A stretch of DNA of 64,000 bases. Origin: Lytechinus pictus. Lineage: Eukaryota. The position numbers were made by a program, and so were the translations under genes. The stretch covers positions 1,614,001 through 1,678,000 of the forward strand of contig NC_087252.1 in NCBI RefSeq assembly GCF_037042905.1, read 5' to 3'. Each line of letters begins with the position of its first letter. Position 1 is the first letter of the stretch. The notes below the pieces were generated by a model. It was given only the letters and a program-made list of their open reading frames with translations. It ran no database searches and was not told where the DNA came from. Positions 43,725 through 58,700 of this stretch are shown piece after piece.

Positions 43725-46700
43725 GTAAGTTTGATCAGTTGCAAAATTTTTTTGTGTGCGTGAATGAATGGGACTTGCACTCACTTTGTGTGTGACCGCG
43801 CCATTGCGGCAATGCAATCAGTTTCGATGTCAATTGTGAGTTCAGTGTCACTTTCGCATTCATTCATTGTAGACTAACTTTGGATTTACTATGGTGATTA
43901 GCAGAACCTCTTTCATACCGTTACCTGGATGTTCAGCTCTTTTGGACGGACATGTCAGAAGAGTCAGATGGTTGACGTAATTCGTAAATGCCTGGCCCAT
44001 GCCATGCCATGGGATTGACAAAAATGATTAATGAAAATTGACGGTTCAGTCAGTCAGCTCAGTTGACATCTGAGTATGACTGACCGACAAGAGTGACATG
44101 ACCGAGTCTTGAAGTTGAGTGCAGCGTGCATCCAAATCATCATGACATCATGCTCGCCGCTGCAGCCCAACTTTTTTTCAACAAACTCCTTGCCCTTTCT
44201 TCAAAACTTCTAAAAATCTGTGATTTGAAGCCGAATCGCAGTACCCCACACGTATTAAATTCTCTGCTGAATCGAAAACGGCGAAGGCAAATTGCGTATG
44301 AGTGGAGGTCTGCCATTTTCGATTCCGCAGAGAATTTAATATGAGTGACATCACACATCTTTGTCACATTGCCAATATAGGAGGATCTCCATAGCAAAAT
44401 TAGGGATCTCAATATTCAAAATCAAATGCTCATAACTTTCTCATCTGATTTTTCTCTAACTTTCGTTGATATGTTTCTTTGAGTTTTCTGTTTTCACACA
44501 AGCTATCTTGTTCCAAAGGTTTCATCACCCTTTAATGAACTCCACCACAAAATGCACTCCTTCATGCAGGGTGTTGAATGTAAAAAGAAAGTTGTGTCAA
44601 TCTAGAATAAAAAAGTTGAGAAAAGAAATATTGTGATAATTTTTTCTATCCTTTTTTCATCATATTTTGTACTTTGTTTAATTTTTCATGTCCAGAACAT
44701 TGTCAAACTAATGGGGCGATGCAAGAAACTTATGCTCACTTGCAAGACAATTTCTGGTCCCAAAATCAATTACATATCTTGTAATTGGTTATAAATTTGT
44801 GATACACTGTACATGTAAATTAGATTTGCTAATCTGCTTCTTGAACCAAGGTCAAGGAGTGTTATATGATTTGCCATTTAAAATTAATATATCAATGATA
44901 AAACTGCAACAGAAAAAATCTTGGAGCAGGATTTGAATCTCTCTCATCTACTGATTGATCTCATTATTATTAATTACTGTAATTAATGTTATGGTATTTA
45001 TTTATTCATTTATTAATTTGTTTATTTATTTTTTAAATATTTTATTTATTCATTCATTTATTTATTTTTTTATTTATTTTTATTTTTTTTATTTGTTTAT
45101 TTATTTATCTGGCCATGCGTTTTGAGTTGGGCCCATTTTTGTTGTACAACTCAAATTTTCCTCCAAAATCGTACCATTTCATACAATTGCATTTTTTTCC
45201 TTATGTTTGACATCCTAAACCCATAAAAGTATATATATTCTGAAAGGAAATTGAGGAATTCAAAAATGCAATCACAAAAGGCATAGGATAATGTCACAAA
45301 AAGTTAAAGGTCAAAATATGTGGAAAACTGTGAAAAAAATATACTTCCCAATAAATCTTAGAATCAGAAAAACTTGACACCCTATAGAAAAATAACATGC
45401 ATATTTCAAATCTTAAGAGTGAGGCCTTTCCAATGATATATAACTTGTTAGGGATAACTTTGACCAAAATAATTTTGCGCGATCTTTTAAGACAAAATTT
45501 CACATCACAATTTTTTGGTAAATATGTAACAATACTTGAATTACCCTCAAAATATTATGTAGTCTTGCCTTTAGTTGCATAAATACACTTGCAAACACTA
45601 ACCAGTATATTATACAAATAATGCATGCAGCCGAGTGCGTTAGTGGAAATGCAGAGCACGCGAGGTTTCTTTAGATAGGAGTCGCACTGTGCACGAGCCG
45701 CTTGCGGCGAGTGCCCAGTGTGCTCCATCTGAAGAAACCGAGCTTTCTCTGCATTTACTTTTACGCACGACAGAGCAAGTGCATTATTTGTTTTATAAAA
45801 TAGCAACACAGAAACAATTTTTTTAAAAGTTACAGTACAGTTTTGTTGGACTTCTACCGCACTGGTTTGCTCGAGCGTGCAATGTCAATTTCGTTGCACA
45901 CCTTTTGCACTACCGTGCAGTGCACAAAAAAAGTTGGATGTCATGTGACGCGTATTGACCAATCGCGATGCTTGAAATAATACAGCTATTTTATAATATA
46001 ATATATTTTCTGTGGTTATTATGAATAAAAAATTATTTCATTTGACTCAAATCGTGGGATTTGTCTCTTGGCTCAAAGACCGGTGGACCGAAGGTTGACA
46101 GCTGAGAGTCAGATTTAACATTAATATAGGAAAAATATGAATGCACAATGAAACTTCTCGTAACTGCTTTAGCTTAAACTTAGTGTGAACAAAAACAACT
46201 AACATGTTATAAATAAATCCATTTATCTTACACCTGGCAAAAATACTTTGATTCTGTTATTTTATAGTGTTATATTTTAAATATTACATATGTTTATCCT
46301 CTTGCTCGACATTCTGCAGGACATGGTTAATGCCAATACAAAACACATTCTATGAGTACAATTACCTCTGTTTAGTGTAATCTTTTTACCAGTGTTGTTC
46401 TCAAGTAGTTTTTTGATAATTTGGAAAAATATTCTCTGAAAACTTTTGTGCCAGCCGAAGATGTGTCATCTACTGATCCATACATGTAGATGCAATGTGA
46501 TGTAACATTAAGAAAAAAGAGTAAATAGCATCAGATGAGGGCTTTATTGCTACAAACAAGTTTTTAGCAATCAATATTGCATAAAAGGTGTACTGGCTAT
46601 AGATCTGTTATGTTAATCTGAATATAATATGTTAATCAGAATAATCTGAAGATTCGGACACATCAAAGTCATCACTGTCAAAATTGAAACCATGAGGTCA

Positions 46701-49700
46701 TAATTAACAATAGATTGATTTCTCTCTGAAGTCTTTATTTAGTTTGTGCTTTTCCTTTTGAAATTTTTACAGCTTCTAAATTTTATTGAAGGTGTAAACC
46801 CACAACTATATTTTATCTCTCCTCATTTTCTTTACATCAGCCACAATTTCAATTGTGTTAATCTCATGATTGACATCAATTAATTATACTAATTAGCTTA
46901 ATTAGGTATCTTTTAAAATTAAAAGTTCAAATTTGACCCACTTATGACTAAAGAATAAGCCAGTGAGCCCCCAAACTATTACATGTTTAGGTACTGTGAT
47001 GTTACATATTTAGTTTCTTAATGAAATAAAAAATTTATGCTCCCCTCATCATGCTCTCCTCGTCTACCACCATGCCAAAATGGCCAATTGATGTTACATA
47101 ATTGCTAATTACTGGTAAATGAAGTAATCTCAAGTAATTGGTATAAAGATTCCCTTTAATGTGATACCAAATATACCCATGTAGCACATGTATTTCAAGT
47201 TTTATACCATTAATCATTTCTGTGCTTGTCGCGCAAATGTAACGATACCACCTATTTGCGGGCCCAACATAAAACGCATGGCCATTTATTTATTTATGTA
47301 TTTATGCATGCATTCATTCATTTTCATTCATTCATTCATTTATTTTAGTATTAACCTTTTTTTTTGGGGGGGGGGAGCACTCCCGGGGGGGGGGGGGGGG
47401 CCAGTGAAATATATTTTGACAAAATGTGCGAAACTATGAGAAATTTCTGAATTTTTTAAAGTTATAAAAATGTGTAATCGCCGCCTATACCCATGGAGAC
47501 TTCAAATTGGTGGCATTTGTGATGTCATGGTGATGTAAGGCAAGGACTTCTCTCCCATTCACTCCAATACATAAAGTTGTCAATTTTTTTTCCAAAAAGT
47601 TTTGTTTCACACTATATTTTTCTTTCATGAAGTTATACATGTAATTTGTAAAGCATAAATGCTGCATTTGTTATATTTGGATTACTGTCCCAGGGGAATA
47701 GAGAGAAACAACAAATCCTTTACAATTAAGTACATGGCCTATGAGAAAATTGTCCTTCCCACTTGTCAAAAAAACTTTCCCAGTTGCCAATTTGAAATTT
47801 ACATGATTTTAGGGATCTCAATGTTAAAACAATCATAACTTTTTAATTGCTTGTCTGATTTCTGTCATACTTTCACCATTCTGTTTAACTTATTTTTCTC
47901 CTTTCCAACACAACATTTGATGGCCATGTTTGGATAATCCCTTAATGTTCACTAGGTACTCAATTTTGCTTAGAAAGTTTCTAAGCAAAATTCTAATAGA
48001 AACCTTTTAAAAGCTGCTCAGTCCTGACAATCTGAATGAATACCACCTTTAAAAAGTTTGATACCAAACATTCGTATGCAAAGTACGCAAAGAAGCAAGG
48101 AGGCAGTGGTCGCAAGCTCTGGTCTTAGGCTGTAATTCGCATGATCAACATGTCGCTTGTTTGTTATTCGGAGTCCTCCAACAGCAACCGTAGTACTCTG
48201 TGTAGGGACAGTGATTTTCCGTTTAAAAAAATTGCCTTTTCCGTTTCAGAAATTTCCCCATAGACTTTGTGTACAAGCAAAAAAGACAATTCCGTTTTAA
48301 TACCCATTGAATAACAATATCACAACACTCGCGCTGGTCAAAATTTGTATCTGCCACTGTACCAACAACGCAACAGAATCCGTTCGAATCGGATCTATGC
48401 GCTTACACAAAATATTTTGACAAGCGTTGTGGAGCGTTGTGGCCCAGTGGATTAGTCTTCGGACTTTGAAACAGAGGGTCGTGGGTTCGAATCCCAGCCA
48501 TGGCCTAATTTTCTTCGGCAAGAAATTTATCCACATTGTGCTGCACTCGACCCAGGTGAGGTGAATGGGTACCCGGTAGGATTTATTCCTTGAATGCTTT
48601 AGCGCCTATATGGCCGCTCAGCTACAGCCGGGGTAATAATAATAGGCCTATACCAAGTATATTTTAGCGCCTTGAGCACATAATCAATGTGGATTTGGCG
48701 CTTTATAAACACTCTATATTATTATTATTATTATTACAAACACATTTAACATGAATACATCCTCAGTTCCTCACCTTTCACAATATTAGCATTATTTTAT
48801 GGTTTTTTGGACATCGTTTTCAGCAGTCAACAATTTTCGCCTATCCGCCATTTTGGATTTCAAGACCTCGATATCGTGCTGTTATATCTTCGAACGTAGA
48901 GGGCAGCAACACACGACCGTGTCGTTCAAAAGATGTGCATGTGAATGTTGTTTTCGATAAGCCCAACCCGGCGCGCCGGCCGGGTACGGGCGAGGGGTAC
49001 GATCTAGTGTGATGAAGTCGAGTGCAGTCACGATGTGTGAATTGTCATGATTGTAGCGAAGTGAGATTGTGTTTTCTGGCGTTTTGTGGCCATTTAATAT
49101 TCATATTTTGTTGAGAGTTTGGAGTAATTTCTGTTGCTGTTATGTGTATTTTGAGGAAAAATATGATTTCCATGATTTTCCATGAAATGCCGCTTTCCGT
49201 TTCAAAAGTCCCTATCCGTGAATTCTGTCCGTTTTCCGCGATCGCGGAAAATCACTGTCCCTATCTGTGACATGAGATTGACTACTACAGACAAAGACAT
49301 ATAAGAGGGTTCACTAGAAAAATGGAGCACGCACTTGCAGGGCTTGAACCCAAAGCCATGGCCTCTGATGCCCTCAGAATGACCTTGATGCTCTTCAAAA
49401 TATTTGTAGACTTACGGCCCAAATAAGGCCGTGTTTATGCTTCCACTTTTCAGGCCAGAATCAGCGTTTCCAAACGTGATTAGTCCAAAACACGCTTACT
49501 TTCATTTAAACGCTGTTTCAAAACGCCAATCGTAAACTTACAAAAAGGTGCGTTTGTAAACGTCGTTTGAACAGAATCAGGCTTTCTGGGGAAGTATAAA
49601 CAGAACCACGATCGTAAACGTGTTTAAATGACGTCATTTGGTACATGCTTCCGGTGAGATGAAAATCCGCGGGCAAGTACCTCCACGGAATTACCTCTCA

Positions 49701-52700
49701 TCTCCCTTGTTTTGCATGTGTACATTACTAGTATTACTCTTCCAATTTGTCATCACGATGAACGTTGAGGGATTTACACCAAAAAACCCGGAACATGAGT
49801 TATAATGAGGAGACATCGCCAGATGCCCCAGTAGCATAAACAAATTGGTATTTTATTATTTTGTATACTTAATATTCTTTATTTTTTCTTACTATTATCC
49901 TCACCATGGTGGAAATTATATGGCTATATCAAGAAGCTCCATGCAATGACTAAAATATCGGAAATTGTTCGATGTTTATATAACAGTCGACGTACCTTCC
50001 CCATAACAACACTCGGAAAAAAAACTTTCGAAAAAGGGCGCGCCCAATTTGACCTCGCTTTCCTGCTCAACGAAAATTACGATGCGAAGCCAGCTGGAGA
50101 TCGTGATTTCGCCTCTGAAAAGTTAAGCATAAACAGCACTCCCAGAACCACGTTTACGATCGGCGTTTTGAATCGACGTTTGAAAACGCTGATTCTGTCC
50201 TCGCAATGGAAGCATAAACACACCCTACATGTAAGTGCCCCTTTGCCTGTGGCCTTAATGTTGTATGGTGATCTATCAAATTCATGTGCTTCATTGATCA
50301 AGTACATTTTACTATTGATGCTCTTTTTGGCCTTCTATGCCCCCTAAAGTGACCACTGCCTTCCCATCCCATTTATTAAAAAAATGCCCTTTGAAAAAAA
50401 TCTTTGCCTATTTGAATTTTTCATTCGAGCCCTGCTCTTATATCGTGGTACATGTAAAAAGCACATACACATCAATATGGTTGTGTCGATGCAAGAATGC
50501 CCTTACCACTTGGGGAAAACTTGCTGGAGGGCTCGGAGCAATATCACCCCCAAAATGCTCATATGAGGCCTGGAAACTCCAAGGAGCACTGGAAAATCCC
50601 CAATCATTGCAATGTTAAAACTTATCCAATGTTATTATTATTATTTGTTTGGCGTCACCTGTGCCTGGGAGGCGAAAAGCGAACTGAATCACTATGACCC
50701 GTAGGTCTCTCCTCCCTATAGATATGATTGGGGGGAGTGCAGGTGGACCACTACACCGGGGTTTCCCCCTACTCTAAAACGAAGCAGTAAAGTTAAGCAG
50801 TAACTTTTGAAAAGTAGCCCCCAAAAATGAATAATTAATTTTGTGCCTGCTGACTGTACCACCACACCTTCACACATTGCATGCGCGCGAAAACACCCAG
50901 CATGCATAAGTGCATTGCAAAAGGGCATTCTTGCACTGACATGACAATGTGCGGTTCCCTAGACCCTTCTTTTCACACTGCTCGATAGATCATGGTTCCC
51001 AAGCAAGACCCCCTGTTTACACCTTGCACTCGAGGTCCTCCCCCCCTTCATGCCAAAATATACATGTAATTCCAGGGTCCCGTCTTACGAAGAGTTGCGA
51101 TTGATCTGATCAACCACGATTATGAAAAGCCAGCAACATCAACATCTAAAATATACCTGTATGTTTGTTCTAAATATTTTCTTGAAAATTGTCTATGTTC
51201 TCTTTGTCTTCAAAGGACATTGTGCAAATTACCTAAAGAAAAAAATTGATGGATTTTCATATACTTGAGGTTGATGATTGATCTGATTAATTGTAATTCT
51301 TTGTGAGATGGGTCCCAGTTTGAAAGCTTAGGATAGGCCTTATTAACCTTACAATGTATTGCTCAATTTGTTCATTTCAGATACGGTTCAAGCTGCATTA
51401 TTGACCATCAATGCTGCTGGTGCACTAGAAACCACATTTGATACGTGTACTTCAACTGATATTGAAGGGTGAGTAAGAGATATTTCTCATCGATTTTTTT
51501 TAATCAAGTTCAATCAAAGGAATTGTATGATTTTATGTGTTGGGCCAAAGACAGAGCTGTACAGAGGCCACTCAGAGATCACAAGCCCCTGCACTACTGA
51601 TCATGCACTGATCGTATGATGCTTACATTGTTTGATACCCCTGAGCTGATTAAACAAGGACCAAGTGCTGATCATATAATGCCCCTACAATGTGTTAAGG
51701 GCTGTGATCTGTATGATTTTGAAACATTTGTGTAATGCCATGCTAAACATGTGAATAGATTCGTAGACCCTACAATGATCGTTGAATCATCATCTCTCTA
51801 TGATTGTAGACCAAATGTAAAGGGGCTTTCAGGTCTTTTCTGATATCACATCAAGTTGGTTTGGATTCTTAGAGATAATAACAGGCACAACACAAGAGTG
51901 GTCCTCAAAATTGGGAGCATTTCAACAATGTTTGTCACCTGACATGTCAGATCTGACAACTTTCCTAGATCTTGATTGGCTGAGAAGCACAAGTATTGTA
52001 ACTAGGATAAAACTGGGGGTGTTTCATGAAAGTACTTGTTAGACGTTTATCCGATAAGTCCTATTTTATCCGACAGTTACCATAGTAACAATGCCTCTCA
52101 GCCAATCAAGGAAAGATGTCAGATCTGACAACTTCTTGGACAAAAATGTTGCTGAAGCGCTCCCCTGGGGAGTGTTCATGAAAGGACTAGTCGGACGTTT
52201 AATACGACAGTTACCATAGTAACAGTGCCTCTCAGCCAATCAAAATCAAGGAAAGTTGTCAGATCTGACAACTTGTCGGACAAAAAGGTTGAAACTCTCC
52301 CTAAGACTTGTTTATTTGTCATGTTAACATCTAACAAGCTATTTATGAAACACCCCCCTCCCTGATGTAAATTACTCGATAGTTTGTTTGTTCATGTATG
52401 AAATACAAAGATGTTTTTTTTAAATTAACGTTTTAGATTTCTTTTTCTCATACGATTTATCTGTTTTATTTTATTTTTTTTAAACAGGGAGGATGTGGAG
52501 AGGGTGAAGCGTAAATCGCACCATGCGGAGATTGAGAAAAGACGAAAGTCAAAACTCAATGAGGGCATCAACAAACTCATTGACATTCTCCCAAAACAAG
52601 ATGCCAGAAGAGTAAGTTACTGTAAACTTGATTTGATTCTGATAATCCGCACACCAGACATGCGTCATCATTTAAATATATAGAAATATATCAGGCATCG

Positions 52701-55700
52701 TGAAAGTATAGTTGGAATTATTTTTCAGAGGTTGGTCTGGCAATTACTCTTTTTCCCGAGGGGCGAAGCCCCGAGGGAAATATAGTAGTCTTGCCAGTCC
52801 AACCGAGGATTAATAATTCCCACTATTCTTTCAAAGGAAACGGTTGATATATTTGATTTTATCCTACTTTTAATAAATTGAAACAAAAATCTTTGCGCTG
52901 AGCTTTCAGAGTCCGCTTACTTGCACTGAATGAGCAACTTTTCCTGAAGTGCCATGCTCAGTGGAATGCGGATTTGTGCCTGCGCTGATGCATCACGGGA
53001 CTTGCTCAGGAGCGAAAGCTCGCTGACCGACGCGCCCGAGAGATAGGCTTGATATCCAGTTTTTCTTAAATATTGACGTCAGAATATTGGTATAGCAAAA
53101 AATATATCTAGGTCTGACATCACACAACATCATAGTTAGAATATATTTGGTCACATGATGCTATTTGAACCAATCACCATTCAGGATTTAATCTACGATG
53201 TATGTGGGATATTGTTCTACAATGTACATGCGATTTGTACGGTTTATACTGATCTTCATGTGTACATGTAGTTGGTCTTCATGCACTCAAATAAGTCTTT
53301 ATCACATGGGCTAAAAGAGCGATTTGATCTACAGTGTACTATCAATTTTGTCTACTTGCTGATTAGAACACAACACTTGTTCTGTAGCCTACATTTAATT
53401 CTCATTGAGTCTATTTCCCAGTTCAACTAATTTCTACTTCATCTACTCAATACTTTTTTCATTTTGTCAAATGAGAATTGGGTTTAACAGTTCATCTATA
53501 TAGACTATAAAGTTTAGACCAAGTGGATATCAGACAGAACGGCCTGAATTTACAAAGGTTGAATCCATGGTTTAAATGCAGAATTCCTGTATAAATTACG
53601 CTTAATTTAGCGCGTGTAGGGCGCATGTATAAAAAATGTCCAATGCTGATGCGCGCTTTTGTCACAGTGTGCCAAATTGATGCCTGTTGCCGTGGTTATC
53701 CACACTATTTTATTAATGAGTCCATTGTTTTGAATTAATGAGTCCATTGTTTTGAATTAATGAGTCCACTCTTCAAACAGTGGACTCATGAATAAAACAG
53801 TGTATCTAACCATGGTAACATGCCTAAATTTGGCGCACTGTGACAAAAGCGCGCATCAGCATTGGAAATTTTTATACACGCGCCCGATACCCGCTAAATT
53901 AAGCGTGATTTATACAGGAAATCTGCATAAACCATGGATTTAATGGTGGGTTTTCAAAACCACCTTTGTGAATTCGGGCTATAGGATATAGCATATATGT
54001 ACATGTATAAACTGGAAATTAGTCAAAATGAGGTGAAAGAAAGATGCTCTATTCAACGAGGCGTTAGCTGAGTTGAATAGAGCATCTTTTTCTTTCACCG
54101 AATGCGAAATCTTGCACCATTGCACGAATAAGAATATTCGCTATTTGCGTTGTGCAACGCCTCAGAGTTTAGCGAAAATATGAAGAAAAAATAATTTTTC
54201 CCTGAAGTAATCATGAAAAGGGAGCAAAACTATTGAATGCAAAAAGCGAAATTCCACAAGCGCAAATGACCTCTGGCAGTATTGCGCATTCAATCAGCAG
54301 GCTATACGCGTATTTCACCCTCATTTTTTACTGAGCGCAATGAATTGAATCGTATTATGACGTCACCTCCTAAAGCCGTGCAACGGTACATTTTGGATGG
54401 TACGTCTTGTGTGCAACGGTACGAATGTTTGACGTTCAGCCTCCCATTTGCTCGCGTACAACAAGCTAGTGTTGTACAATGTAAAATAACTCTTGATTTG
54501 AATTATTAGAGGTTACAAAGGAATGCAAAGCAAATGTAATTAATTTCCATTTCTTTTTTTTTGGTACATTTTCCTGATTCCAGAGCAAAGTACAGATCCT
54601 TGAAGATACTTACAATCTGGTGGTTGAGCTTCAGAAGAAATGCCAGCAGCTTATGATCCAAAACGCACCAGAATCAGAAGGTAAGCTTTAATATTGATTG
54701 ACACTTGAAAGCCTAGTCAAAACAAAAAGTTCTTTTGAACAAAAAGCAATAAGAATAACACTGACAATTTAATCAAAATGGGATATGAGCAACTAAGTTT
54801 TGACAACTTAGTTTTTCTTTCTTTTCAGGGATGCCTTTTTGCAGACTAAATTCTGAGTTCAGACTTTCTCAATATATTTTCCACCATAGAAAACAACGTT
54901 TTCATGTAGGCAAGGGGTCAGTTATGAAAAAAAGCAATAAGAATAACACTGACAATTTAATCAAAATGGGATATGAGCAACTAAGTTTTGACAATTTAGT
55001 TTTTCTTTCTTTTCAGGGATGCCTTTTTGCAGACTAAATTCTGAGTTCAGACTTTCTCAATATATTTTCCACCATAGAAAACAACATTTTCATGTAGGCA
55101 AGGGGTCAGATATGAAAAAAGCAACAAGAATAACACTGACAATTTAATCAAAATGGGATATGAGCAATTAAGTTTTGACAATTTAGTTTTTCTTTCTTTT
55201 CAGCGGTGCCTTTTTGCAGACTAAATTCTGAATTCAGGCTTTCTCAATATATTTTCCACCATAGAAAACAATGTTTTTATGTAGGCAAGGGGTCATTCTA
55301 GATGATTTTCAGACCTTTTTTTTTAATCAATTCTAATTGGCATCCCTGTATTTTACAAGACAGTTTTACAGTGCAGGTGATAAGAAAATGAGAATTTTAC
55401 TCATAAGCTGTATGATAGTCTGGCTTACCCAATTTGTGAGCGTCTGAGAATTGTCCTTTATTGCCCTGCTCATCGGCCCGATTTCTTTGATGATGACACC
55501 TCTGTACAGTATGTCAACAGACTTCTCATTGTACATGTATGCATTTGCGTAGAAAAGCTTCATTACTTTCTTATTTTTCAGAAAATAAGTCAAATCTTCA
55601 AAAAGGACTGGAAAATAACATTGAAATCATTTCCTGCGCCAATTGATAAAACCTTCTGCTCTAGAAAATATTTCTGACAGATTTGCCATTTGTCTTGTGT

Positions 55701-58700
55701 GCCGGTTTTCCTTTGTATCTTTCATTCAAATGTATTACAAAGTTTGTCTGATATTGCACTTTTGTCTGACATGTCAGTCACGACCAATGTAATGCAAATA
55801 AGAACCAAACAAATTACAAATAGTATGGTCTAGAGCTGTAGGTTTCTATACATTGAAGCACTAAATTTTGATACTGTTTTCCCCAATATTCAAATTTCTA
55901 ATATAGAAAACTAAAAACTCAAATTTTCTACATTTACTAAAACATTCGATTATATAATTGTATACAATCACACAAGATGATGTCATAGAATCCTGGCCGT
56001 TGTATGAAAGTACATGAACTTTCATGTAGCCAATATTGCTTGTCAATTCAATTTGCTTCTAATAAGATCTTTGAGCATTAAATTTCAAGTGGATAAGATT
56101 CCATTGAAGAAGCTTGAATTTATGATTTCATTAGGATACAATTTACATTCAAGAAATACAAATATATGAATTTTTTTTTTCTCCTCTGCAGTTGATGAAA
56201 TCAAACGTCTTATGGAAGAGAATGCCAAGCTGAAGAAGGAAAAGGAAGACTGGTCGGAATTTCTGAAAACCATGAACATCAACACTGACATTAAAACTCA
56301 CATGAAAGCTGTTATGCAGGGTAAAGGAAAGAGAAATTACAAATCGGAACCCCCTCAAGAACAGCTGTTGGGGAGCAGTCAGAACTTAGGAGCCGGTCAG
56401 AACATTATCATCCAATCTCCTACAACTGCAGTCATGGGTTCTCCTAACCTTGTTACAATGCCTACGAATCAGATGACGATACCCATCGCGAGTGGGAACA
56501 GGATGGATGGCAATGTCATGCAGGGCGGAGGTAATCAAGGTGGAATGCTGCTTGTGACTACAAGCAGGTCAGGAACCGATTCCAAGCCATCGTTGACCTT
56601 AGCAAACAATCAAATCAATGTGGTTGGCAATGAAAGACCAGAAGCGGAGGGACAGTCGCCGCTTCCAAAGCCGGTGGTCCAAACTGTAGAAGACAATGTT
56701 GTGTCTGCCACGAGCCAAGGCGGGCAAGGCATCTCGGCAATTACCTGCACGCATGAAGCTTCAAATCAGAGCTCTGTGGGACAGGTTAATACAACAACTG
56801 CAGAATCAAAGAATACCACGGCTGTAACACAGGTCATAAGCACCCCGATCACCACACCAGCATCACAGAACCAAGTCCTCCTGCAGTCTGGGACAGGGGG
56901 TGGTGTGAGGATAGTTCAGCAACCACCAGTCCAGTCGCAAGGTCAGACTGTGCTGATCCAGTTACCTGGTCAACCTGGGCAGTATATCCCTGTTCGAATC
57001 GCACCACAGATGAATCAGCCACAGCAGGTGATCCTTACCTCTCAGCAGGGCGTCAATGTCGTTGGGACTCGAGGTAGTGCAATCCAACCCAAGACTCCAG
57101 TGAAGAAGAAACAACCTGCACAGCCAAAATTAAAGAACCTTTGCCCTCTCCCACCAGACTCCCGTAAGCCAAACTCTCCCATAGCCTCCCAATCCAGCGT
57201 GCAACCAATAGCTCCTAACACTGTCACTGTGAGATTACCGATGAACCCTACTGCCAATCAACAAGGTACGGTTGTGATGACCAGTCAGGGTCAGGTGATC
57301 CTCCAACAGCCTTCAAATACGATCCTTTCAGGTGGTGTGAACATGCAAATGCCCATGCAGGTGGTCCCTAAACCTCCTGTAACTCAGAACATTGTGTACA
57401 TCCAGCAGAATGGACAACTCATACCTGTCATCTTGCAGCAAAACCAGAGTAATGTCCAGCAGGGTGTTCAACAAGGTGTGCAACAGACGAACACCATTAT
57501 TCAACAAGGTCAGCAGCAGCAACATCAACCACAGCAGCAGCTAAAAATGCAGGGGTCTGAAAGTATTGCCTCGCAACCTGTTCAGTCTGCTGCCACAATG
57601 GAAAGTGCTGGCAACCAAGTTTCTGCATCGGTATCTGGAGCTGCCGTTGCCTCCGGCGGCATTGCCATGACCCAACCTGCTCCTATTGCTTCTAGCCAGG
57701 CACATCTATTAGATGGTAGCACCATCCCAGCATCTTCCTCGTCCAAGGTGGTTTCAAATTCCTTTCAGGGTAATGACCTGATGACCTCTCTTGCCATTGA
57801 AACCACATCAACTCATATTGATCAAGGAAGAGGGCAAGGAAATAGTGGCTTTGCTGCAAATGACATCCTGGCCAAAGCAACCGAGAGCATTTTCTCCACT
57901 CATTCTGAGACATCTCCCATGCAACTTGGAGATCTGCATGATTCCCATGGTCATGCAGCCAATCAGTCAGTGATCAAAAACACAAATGGAATATTCGGTC
58001 ATCAAACAACTCAACCAGGAATCGAGATCTATGATCTCCCAGATGAGATGGATACATCCTCCAGCAAGGGCAAACACAAGAAGAAAAAGAAGAAAAAGTC
58101 AAAGTCCAAAGAGAAAGAAAAGAAAAAGAAAGACAAAGACAAGGATAAAGACAAAGATAAGGAGAAGAGTAAGAAAATAAATTTTCCTTTGCCTACTGTT
58201 CCAAGTTCTGATAATAATGCAGATATTGGTGATGATCAAGAGATGGCTACTGAAGCATTATTGGAGAGTCTTATGCAAGAAACCCTGGGAACAGGAGGCA
58301 TTGATGATAGTAGTAATACAGAGACTGTGATGAAACTTTCCTCAAATCCATCATTACATAGTAATATCCCAGTGTCATCGAATGGTAATGTCCAAATTTG
58401 CAATTATTCAGCAGCAGCCTTATTGAACTCAAATACACGGGAAACTTTAGCAGGGAATCAGAATAATACAACACAAGTGTCGTCTGCCACTGTTTCGTCA
58501 TCAGAAACAAATGGGCAAGCAATCTTCAGTTCATTCAACGACATTCTCAGCAATTCAATGAGTGTTAGTGGCCTTCCAACATACATAGATGATGAGGAAG
58601 ACATAGTTCCTGGAAACAACTCTCGTGAAGGCCCACCCTGTACATCAACAGCCAGTGAGGACGTCCCAACCTCATTATCTGTTGTCACATCAAGCGCCTG

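Noticed and set aside
48431..48505. Apparent tRNA-Gln gene
   Set aside because: No paired acceptor stem; continues into a SINE body and tail; second copy at 4717-5003
49946..50347. 133-aa ORF as a possible transposase
   Set aside because: Runs through the MITE terminus; no DDE or DNA-binding motif visible
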